Below, piece after piece: positions 1-7,064 of a stretch of DNA of 40,399 bases. The position numbers and the translations under genes are program-made. Numbering within the stretch: the stretch's first letter is position 1; every line of letters starts with the position of its first letter. Origin of the DNA: a virus (lineage: Duplodnaviria > Heunggongvirae > Uroviricota > Caudoviricetes); IMG/VR virus record IMGVR_UViG_3300006145_000007, positions 1 through 40,399 of that record; one strand, 5' to 3'. The notes under the pieces were generated by a model. It was given only the letters and a program-made list of their open reading frames with translations, did not search any database and was not told the origin of the DNA.

Positions 1-307
1 CGGCCCGGCGTGGTGTCTATGTCACCTTTTCGCGCTATGTCCCATAAGGGGGCTTGTTTTCCATATTTTGACGGAACGCCCCCGCAGCCCAGGCGCCCAG
101 TTGGCTCATCTCCCATGGGTCACCAAAAAACTCACTCCGACCACAACCCCTTGCGCCACAACACTCACATCCGTTTTATCATCGGGGAGAATGTGTTGCT
201 CACGCCATTCTTTATAAAGGATCGTCACAGATGATAAAACGGCGTCTCGCCAAAGTAGCTTGAAACGTGACTTTAAGGAGACAGATAATTTTCTCCGAAA
301 TTTGTGC

Positions 308-335
308 TTGACATCTGGGGCGATTATGCTATAAT
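308..335 (+). promoter_or_regulatory. Consensus sigmaA/sigma70 promoter with extended -10
   Basis: TTGACA (308-313), 16-nt spacer, TG at 327-328, TATAAT (330-335). It lies about 50 nt upstream of the recombinase ATG. Confidence 0.85.
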
Positions 336-384
336 AGTATCATAGTCAACAATCTTTTTTGAAGTATAGAGGGAGGCACCGTTC

Positions 385-1218
385 ATGGGCAAGGTTATCA
401 ATGTAGACTTCACAGCGCGGAGTGCAGACGCAAACGCAGACGCAGTCATCGACGTTAAGGCAGTAGCTCAGTCCCGGAGGTTGCTCCAGGCTGGCCTGAT
501 CGCGCCGGCTGTCGAGGATACCAGTTACGAAGTAGCGGGGGAACATGCAAGCGAACCTATCAAGAACGTAGATGACATCTACGCCGTGTCTGAGTGGTTC
601 ATCACCAGAGGCCGGTATCGCGACAACATGCTCTTCATCGTTGGCATCAACTTCGGCCTGCGAGTCAGCGACCTGCTGACGCTGCGGTTCTCCCACCTGA
701 TCGACGAACAGTTCAGGTTCAAGACCACGTTCCCCATTCTGGAGAAGAAGACCCGGAACACCAGGAAGGTGAAGCGCAACCGCTACATCACCATCAACGA
801 TGCCGTGGTGGATGCAGTCACGCTCTATCTGGAGAACACACCAGGCGTCAAGCTCAGCGACTTCATGTTCCGTGGTGAGAGCAACCGGTGCGGCAAGGAC
901 AACAACAAGGCCATGAGCCGGAAGTCTGCCGACCGGATCTTGAAGGAAGTCGGTGAGGCGCTCGGCCTCGGCATCCACATTGCTACCCACACGCTGCGCA
1001 AGACGTTCGCCTATCACCAGATGGTAATGAGCAACAACGACCCACGCAAGCTCCTGCTTCTGCAGAAGATGTTCGGACACAGCACGTCCGCCCAGACACT
1101 CGACTACATCGGTATCACTGGTGAGGAGATCGAGGAGGCGTACATGCAGCTCAACCTTGGCGGGCGCCGCTCGCTCCGGCTGATGGACAGCACCATCGTG
1201 GAGCAGCCGGCAGGCTAA
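385..1218 (+). CDS. Tyrosine recombinase, catalytic-domain-only (phage integrase family)
   Basis: Motifs GINFGLRVSD (R), LEKKT (K), THTLRKTF (HxxR), FGHS (H) and TLDYIG (Y). The GGAGG RBS is upstream. Confidence 0.9.
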   Translation: MGKVINVDFTARSADANADAVIDVKAVAQSRRLLQAGLIAPAVEDTSYEVAGEHASEPIKNVDDIYAVSEWFITRGRYRDNMLFIVGINFGLRVSDLLTLRFSHLIDEQFRFKTTFPILEKKTRNTRKVKRNRYITINDAVVDAVTLYLENTPGVKLSDFMFRGESNRCGKDNNKAMSRKSADRILKEVGEALGLGIHIATHTLRKTFAYHQMVMSNNDPRKLLLLQKMFGHSTSAQTLDYIGITGEEIEEAYMQLNLGGRRSLRLMDSTIVEQPAG

Positions 1219-1227
1219 TGCGCCACC

Positions 1228-1247
1228 TGCACCTTGACAACAAAATA
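1228..1247 (+). promoter_or_regulatory. boxA-like motif (TGCACCTTGACAACAAAATA), possible antitermination signal
   Basis: Resembles, from recall, the Firmicutes rrn boxA consensus (xxCTTTGAAAACTGAAxA). The embedded TTGACA has no credible -10 at 16-18 nt. Confidence 0.35.
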
Positions 1248-1411
1248 GGATACTACAGTCCTTAGCTCCCTCGTTTGAAGGTTCTATAGCTACAAGTGTT
1301 CCTACAGAGATTCTCTTTAAGGGTTACCCCCTGAAATAATCCATTTCAAGGGCCGAAATTTTCGTTTTACCACCTGGGTGGTGGTAAACGGTTGTAAAGG
1401 AGGTTTTGCTT

Positions 1412-1792
1412 ATGAGTGTGAACTGGAAGATGGACGAGACAGCGCTGGGCCGCGAGACGTTCGCCGAGGACTTCGACGACTACGGGCGCGGGGAAGACCA
1501 CAAGGTTTCTATCGGCGACGAGGTCGAAGCCACAGACAAATACGGGCGTACCCACGCCGGGGTGGTGGTGGGGATCATCCGCGACATCAACCGCGAGCCG
1601 GTATGTTATAAGGTATGGAATGAGGAGCTGGACGACTTCGATTTTATCCAGGCGTCAGACAACATCCTGTGTGAGCCGTGCGGCTCGTCGCAGTGGTCGC
1701 TGGAGCGCATCGGGTATGTGCGGCATGGGAACGATGCAGACCGGTGCTGGTTCTACCTGAACAAGCGGACGGGGGATGTGATCTATTGGTAA
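1412..1792 (+). CDS. Hypothetical acidic protein (126 aa), possible SH3/KOW-like beta-barrel
   Basis: AAGGAGG at 1397-1403 places the start at ATG 1412 rather than TTG 1406. The segment IGDEVEATDKYGRTHAGVVVGI is SH3/KOW-like. Codon usage matches neighbours. Confidence 0.7.
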   Translation: MSVNWKMDETALGRETFAEDFDDYGRGEDHKVSIGDEVEATDKYGRTHAGVVVGIIRDINREPVCYKVWNEELDDFDFIQASDNILCEPCGSSQWSLERIGYVRHGNDADRCWFYLNKRTGDVIYW

Positions 1793-3012
1793 AGGTATGT
1801 GACGCCATCATGGGAACCGGCAAGAGTTCCGCAGCCATTACATACATGAACGACCACCCCGAGAAGAAGTTCATCTACATCACACCATACCTTGAAGAAG
1901 CGACACGCATCGCCACATCATGTTCCCGGCTCCACTTCTTCGAGCCCAAGAAGAAAACGGAGTTCAATGGGTCAAAGACCCTACATACGATTGACCTCGT
2001 GAAGCGAGGGGAGAACATCGCCACCACCCATCAGGCGTTCCGGTTCTATCCACAGGAGCTTCTGGAACTGGTGAGTGGGCAGGGCTACACGTTAATCATC
2101 GACGAGAACGTAGACGTGCTGGAAACGCTGGACGAAGACCCGGCAGATATCCAGATGGCTATCGACGCCGGGTACATTTCCGAAATCAGGCCGGACGTTT
2201 TCCACCTCGTCAAAGACATATACGATGGGAAGACGCATCGGGATCTGTTCCGAGTCCTGCGGACACGCGACCTGATTCGGATGACTGGCGAGTCCAAGGA
2301 GTCTTTCTTCTACTGGCAGCTCCCGCCTGAACTCATCACCTCGTTCGACGAGGTATACATCCTGACGTACCTGTTTGAGGGACAGAGCCTGCACCACTTC
2401 CTCGAAATGTACGACATCCCATACCAGTTCGTTGGGGTGGAGAAAACGGGCGACAGCGAGTTTAGGTTCAGCAGCTCGACAGAATACGTGCCGGACTACG
2501 TCCATAACATCCACGACATGATTGAGATCGTGGACGACCCCAAGCTGAATGATGTCGGGGAGGACGACTTCTCCCTGTCCATGAGCTGGTTCGACAAGGA
2601 GAGTTCTGACACATCCAGGTTGAAGAACAACCTTTATAATTTCTTCCGCTATATGTGCGGAGCAGAGGCCGCAGACAGAATGTGGTCTACATATCGTGAC
2701 GCGAAGTCGAAGATCCAAGGCAAGGGATACACCAACGGGTTTATTCCGTTCAACAAGAAAGCGACGAATGAATATAGGAATCGCACCGCCGTTGCGTACT
2801 GCGTCAACCTATATATGAACGTCGGACAAAAACTGTTCTACCAAAACAACGGCGTGGAGGTAGACGAGGACGCATACGCCTTATCCATTATGGTACAGTG
2901 GATTTGGCGAAGCGCAATCCGTGATGGGCAGAAGATCGTACTGTATGTTCCAAGCAAACGGATGCGCAGCCTGCTTACCAACTGGATGGAGGAGGTGAGC
3001 AGACGTGGATAA
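1786..3012 (+). CDS. SF2/DEAD-like P-loop ATPase/helicase (408 aa; position recalls SPbeta YonV)
   Basis: Walker A DAIMGTGKS, Walker B LIIDE and C-terminal QWIWRSAIR. The TTG 1786 start follows GGGGATGTGA and overlaps the upstream stop. The track's 1678 extension lacks an RBS. Confidence 0.75.
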   Translation: MVKVCDAIMGTGKSSAAITYMNDHPEKKFIYITPYLEEATRIATSCSRLHFFEPKKKTEFNGSKTLHTIDLVKRGENIATTHQAFRFYPQELLELVSGQGYTLIIDENVDVLETLDEDPADIQMAIDAGYISEIRPDVFHLVKDIYDGKTHRDLFRVLRTRDLIRMTGESKESFFYWQLPPELITSFDEVYILTYLFEGQSLHHFLEMYDIPYQFVGVEKTGDSEFRFSSSTEYVPDYVHNIHDMIEIVDDPKLNDVGEDDFSLSMSWFDKESSDTSRLKNNLYNFFRYMCGAEAADRMWSTYRDAKSKIQGKGYTNGFIPFNKKATNEYRNRTAVAYCVNLYMNVGQKLFYQNNGVEVDEDAYALSIMVQWIWRSAIRDGQKIVLYVPSKRMRSLLTNWMEEVSRRG

Positions 3013-3178
3013 GTGTGACAGATGTTTATGGGCAGGGTGCTGTCGTACAGCCATGGATGGATGCCCGGACTTTACAACGGTGGACGAGAACGAATACATC
3101 GAGGAGTTCCACAGGGTTCGGTCAGAGGAACTGCTTCCGTATTGGATGATATATATCGGACAATACAGCGACGACTAA
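3005..3178 (+). CDS. Cys-rich micro-protein (57 aa), below the ORF-track cutoff
   Basis: GGAGGTGA (2991-2998) then GTG 3005. Translation: MDKCDRCLWAGCCRTAMDGCPDFTTVDENEYIEEFHRVRSEELLPYWMIYIGQYSDD*. It overlaps the upstream stop. Confidence 0.7.
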   Translation: MDKCDRCLWAGCCRTAMDGCPDFTTVDENEYIEEFHRVRSEELLPYWMIYIGQYSDD

Positions 3179-3212
3179 TTTTTTTAGCGTATCAACAATT
3201 TTATTTGAGGCG

Positions 3213-5978
3213 GTGAGCATTATTTCCAAACAACAGTCTTGCCAGAAGTTTATCCTCAAACTTCATAGCGCACGCTTACGCAAGGCAAGGTGGAATTTGA
3301 CGCTCCCTATCTCCGAGGCGCGGAGAAACGATGAAGTCATTTCCCTCAGCGACAGCCAGATGCTGCGCTTTATCGATAAGCTGAATGGCATCGAGAACGC
3401 AGACGCGATTGCGAAAGAGATTAAGAGCGAAATAAAAATGCTCAGAAAACAAATAAATTCTCTACAAAATCGCAAGAAAATTAAAAGTTTATACGAGAAA
3501 TTAGATGAAATACAATACAAACCAGATTACATGTGTTTGATCATCGACAAAGAGAAAGACTATTGGAGAGCTTGCAAGGGCTTCAAGATCAACGGGGTGA
3601 AGTACGTTAGGCTGCTGGGTACCAACGGCGGCATCAAGAACTCGACCATCGTGTTCGTCAGCGATAGGATGGCGCCTGAGCTGCGCCGGCGTATCGACAA
3701 CGGGAGGGACAAGAGCAAGGAGCTGGTGCCGGCCAAGCTGGAAGCGTACCAGGCGCTGGCCTGCAGCGGCTCCATCCCGGTGTCCTACCCCAATGGCATC
3801 GCCGTGGTCGAGGACTGCGTGACGCACTTCAAGTCCGACGTCATCAACATCGAGGACTCGGACGGTGAACCGAAGATGTGGTTCCAGGCCGGGGCGGATG
3901 TGGAGCTCGACGAGTCGGACGGGTACGGCATCATGCTCCCGTCTCTGGCGAGAAGGTGGTCGGAAGAACTTCAGCTCGACTACATGGTAAGCGGAGTCAA
4001 CACCCGCCTGTCCTTTGAGAAGGGGATGGTCTTTACCTTCGACTTCCTGGAGTTCGCCGACGAGGTGGCCGGCACCCGTATCATCAAGGATGCGTGGGGC
4101 AACGACGTGGATCTCTCCAACGTGGAGCTGATACTCACCACGTCCATGGTTAAGCTGTGGGACAGCTACGCGAGCTGCGAGGACTACCTGCGCAACTGCA
4201 AGGAGAACGGGTATACCTTTGGCATCACAAAGTCATGCCCAAAGGTTTTGGAGAATGAGCGCAGTACCAACTACCAGTTCCTCCAGGTGTACGACCTGGA
4301 CGACGCACAGGTCGAGCAGCTCATCCAGCCGACCATGCAGGAGATCCACGACATCCTGGCGCTCGACTGGAGGAAGGCCGCTCTGTTCCTCAAGGGCGTA
4401 GGGCTGAACGAGGAGAACATCGACTTCATCGAGTCGGACTTCGCGAAGGCCATCATGGTGGAGCCCAGGATGATGGACGACCCATTCGTCACGAAGAAGA
4501 TCTACGGCATGATAAAGAAGCGCATCATCGACGCGAAGATCGGCGTCATCAAAGTGCGCGGCAACTACTCCATCATTTCCGGCGACCCATACGCGCTGTG
4601 TCAGAGCATCTTCGGTCTGGAGGTCACCGGGCTGTTGAAGGCTGGCGAGATCTACAACAAGTATTGGTTAGACCACGGCGTGGACAACGTGGTGTGCTTC
4701 CGCGCTCCTATGACCTGTGCCAACAACGTAATCAAGATGCACGTCAACGGAAGTGAGGAGGCACAGCACTGGTACAGATACATGGTATCATGCTCGCTGC
4801 TGAATGCCTGGGACACCACGGCGGCTGCGCTGAACGGCGCAGACAAAGACGGGGATCTGATTTTCACAACGGACAATGAGATACTGGTGTCGTGCCACAG
4901 GCAGCTCCCCGCGCTCATGTGTGCCCAGAGGAAAGCGACGAAGTGCGTGCCGACGCAGGAGGACATCATCAACTCGAACATCGCCAGTTTCGGCGATGAC
5001 ATCGGGAAGATCACGAACCACATCACATCTATGTTCGATGTGATATCCATGTATGAGAAGGGCAGCCCGGAGTACGAGGCGCTCGACTACCGTATCAAGT
5101 GTGGGCAGAAGTTCCAGCAGGACTCCATCGACCGGGCCAAGGGCATCATCTCAAAGCCAATGCCAAAGAGCTGGTATGACAGGGCGTATGTCAGGAACGC
5201 ATATGGCGACGATGAAGAGAAGGTACAGTTCGCCATGAAGATCGTTGCGGACAAGAAGCCATACTTCATGCGGTACATCTACCCGACGCTGATGCGCCAG
5301 TACACTACATACGTTTCCAACACCAACAAGAAGGCGCTTCGCGAGTTCCGCCTGACCATTGACGAGCTGATAGAGAAGGAGCGCGCAGGCGGTCTGTCTG
5401 ACGAAGAACGGGAGTTCCTACACTACTATCGTATCAAGACGCCGGTGGGAGTACATGACTGTGTGATGAACAGAATATGCCGGCGCTTCGAGGACGAGTT
5501 CGATGGGTACATCACCCGCCACAACTCCGACGTCGAGTTCGACTATACGATTATGAAGAGCGGCGTGGAGTATACACAGACCCAGTACAACGCAATCCTT
5601 CGGTTGTACGAAGCGTACAACAAGCGGATGCAGGACTATATGCAGTACGCAAAGAAGGAGCGCCTGGATGAAGACGAGAACATGAACCACAGGTACGTTA
5701 TGGTTCAGGACTTCCGCAGAGAGTGCCAGATTGTTTGCTCCAATAAAAGTCAGTTGTGTGACATACTGTTGGATATATGTTATCAGAAAGAAGGGTCAAA
5801 GCAGTTTGTCTGGGACATGGCAAGCGATGAAATCATCGACGCTTTGGTCAGGAACAACGGCGGCTATATTTCCTTCCCTGTCCGCGACGACAACGGAGAC
5901 GTTTTGTTTGGCGGCGAACGGTTCTCGTTCGCAAGAAAGCAGATTGGAGGGGAAGCAGATGAATATAGTGCTGAATGA
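3213..5978 (+). CDS. yonO: YonO-like single-subunit DNA-dependent RNA polymerase (double-psi beta-barrel family)
   Basis: About 920 aa with the catalytic DxDGD loop LNGADKDGD (4833-4856), preceded by CFRAPM. It sits upstream of an SPbeta-like structural operon. The true start may be ATT 3222 (see findings). Confidence 0.85.
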   Translation: MSIISKQQSCQKFILKLHSARLRKARWNLTLPISEARRNDEVISLSDSQMLRFIDKLNGIENADAIAKEIKSEIKMLRKQINSLQNRKKIKSLYEKLDEIQYKPDYMCLIIDKEKDYWRACKGFKINGVKYVRLLGTNGGIKNSTIVFVSDRMAPELRRRIDNGRDKSKELVPAKLEAYQALACSGSIPVSYPNGIAVVEDCVTHFKSDVINIEDSDGEPKMWFQAGADVELDESDGYGIMLPSLARRWSEELQLDYMVSGVNTRLSFEKGMVFTFDFLEFADEVAGTRIIKDAWGNDVDLSNVELILTTSMVKLWDSYASCEDYLRNCKENGYTFGITKSCPKVLENERSTNYQFLQVYDLDDAQVEQLIQPTMQEIHDILALDWRKAALFLKGVGLNEENIDFIESDFAKAIMVEPRMMDDPFVTKKIYGMIKKRIIDAKIGVIKVRGNYSIISGDPYALCQSIFGLEVTGLLKAGEIYNKYWLDHGVDNVVCFRAPMTCANNVIKMHVNGSEEAQHWYRYMVSCSLLNAWDTTAAALNGADKDGDLIFTTDNEILVSCHRQLPALMCAQRKATKCVPTQEDIINSNIASFGDDIGKITNHITSMFDVISMYEKGSPEYEALDYRIKCGQKFQQDSIDRAKGIISKPMPKSWYDRAYVRNAYGDDEEKVQFAMKIVADKKPYFMRYIYPTLMRQYTTYVSNTNKKALREFRLTIDELIEKERAGGLSDEEREFLHYYRIKTPVGVHDCVMNRICRRFEDEFDGYITRHNSDVEFDYTIMKSGVEYTQTQYNAILRLYEAYNKRMQDYMQYAKKERLDEDENMNHRYVMVQDFRRECQIVCSNKSQLCDILLDICYQKEGSKQFVWDMASDEIIDALVRNNGGYISFPVRDDNGDVLFGGERFSFARKQIGGEADEYSAE

Positions 5979-6744
5979 GTCGGAGTATGTGGAGGGAATC
6001 CTCCGTGACCATCAACTCGGGCCGAAGCCTACGGAGACTCTGGTGCGTGTGGCTCGGTACTATTCGACGGTAGATATGATGAAGAAGTCAGACGTACGCG
6101 CCGAGCTTGAGAAGTTCATGCTCCGGTGCGACCCATCCATCAACTTGGTCAAGTGGCAGGACACGTTGGACAGAATCATCAAGGCCGCCGGCAAGTATCC
6201 GATGGTCGATATCGAGAGCGTCCCTATCACCGAGAAAGAGATTGCCCTGTGCGACGGCCTGTCCAAGGATACCAAGCGGCGCGACCTCTCGATGTATAAG
6301 AGCTTCTCGGATAAGCCGATGCGCCGCCTGCTGTTCACCCTGATTTGTCTGGCGAAATACTCGGACCTTGTGAACAGTAAGAACGGCGGGTGGGTCAACC
6401 GGACAGACAAAGAGATCTTCAAGCTGGCTAACGTGGTCACGCCGGTCAAGCGCCAGTCCCTCATGTTGAACGACCTGCGTGAGATGGGACATATCAAGTT
6501 CAGCAGGAAGGTGGACAACGTGAACATCAACGTCCAGTGCCTTGACCCGGGTGGCGCGGTGGCGCTTGAGATTCGTGACTTCCGCAACCTTGGCTATCAG
6601 TACATGCGCCATTGCGGAGAGGCATACATAGAGTGCGAACAATGCGGTCTGGTAATCAAGCAGCGCAACAACTCACAGAAATATTGCCCCGACTGTGCCA
6701 TCGACGTGAACAGGCAAAGGTCTATTGATAGACGGAAAAGTTGA
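5959..6744 (+). CDS. Putative DNA-binding protein: winged-helix-like region plus C-terminal C4 zinc ribbon (261 aa)
   Basis: GGAGGGG RBS then ATG 5959, overlapping the RNAP stop. It has ECEQCG-x12-YCPDC and a wHTH-like stretch TDKEIFKLAN...LNDLREMGHIKF...NINV. Confidence 0.75.
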   Translation: MNIVLNESEYVEGILRDHQLGPKPTETLVRVARYYSTVDMMKKSDVRAELEKFMLRCDPSINLVKWQDTLDRIIKAAGKYPMVDIESVPITEKEIALCDGLSKDTKRRDLSMYKSFSDKPMRRLLFTLICLAKYSDLVNSKNGGWVNRTDKEIFKLANVVTPVKRQSLMLNDLREMGHIKFSRKVDNVNINVQCLDPGGAVALEIRDFRNLGYQYMRHCGEAYIECEQCGLVIKQRNNSQKYCPDCAIDVNRQRSIDRRKS

Positions 6745-6773
6745 ACTTTTTTGAATATGTTTGAAACAGAAAC

Positions 6774-6809
6774 AGCCTGTAAGTATTCAGTCCAAGATAC
6801 TTACAGGCT
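6774..6809. repeat. Perfect 13-bp inverted repeat with 10-nt spacer
   Basis: AGCCTGTAAGTAT-tcagtccaag-ATACTTACAGGCT, with no U-tract after it. Confidence 0.9.
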
Positions 6810-6890
6810 ACTGTGCAGTATTTCTATATGTAGAGAGAAAAGGCATAGAAAAATCACATTATATACTATAGGTTGAAAGGGTGTTCATTT

Positions 6891-7052
6891 TTGGTTGCTA
6901 TCAGCGCACGAGAAAAACAGATCATTGCGGAGAGATGTCCGATGGTGCATATCCGTCGGACGGTCAAACAGAAGAGTAACAGGCATCGGTACTACATGGA
7001 AGAGAGTAGGGAAGCCATGCGTATTCTGAGGTCGCTCCGCAGGTCGGCATAA
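6891..7052 (+). CDS. Small basic protein (53 aa), first gene of the putative late operon
   Basis: GAAAGGGTG RBS then TTG 6891. Translation: MVAISAREKQIIAERCPMVHIRRTVKQKSNRHRYYMEESREAMRILRSLRRSA*. It ends just before the next RBS. Confidence 0.65.
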   Translation: MVAISAREKQIIAERCPMVHIRRTVKQKSNRHRYYMEESREAMRILRSLRRSA

Positions 7053-7064
7053 GAGGAGGACTGT

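Noticed and set aside
10-234. 74-aa ORF at the window start
   Set aside because: No RBS is visible, the composition is atypical, and it overlaps structured non-coding repeats.
385-1218. Calling the recombinase the prophage integrase or an inactive YopR-type repressor
   Set aside because: No att site is visible and there is no arm-binding domain. The catalytic residues are intact, so neither label is supported.
1234-1262. TTGACA as a second sigmaA promoter
   Set aside because: There is no TAxxxT hexamer at 16-18 nt spacing. It was reinterpreted as part of a boxA-like motif.
3022-3216. 64-aa ORF from the track
   Set aside because: It has no RBS. The overlapping GTG-3005 frame has a strong RBS and a Cys motif.
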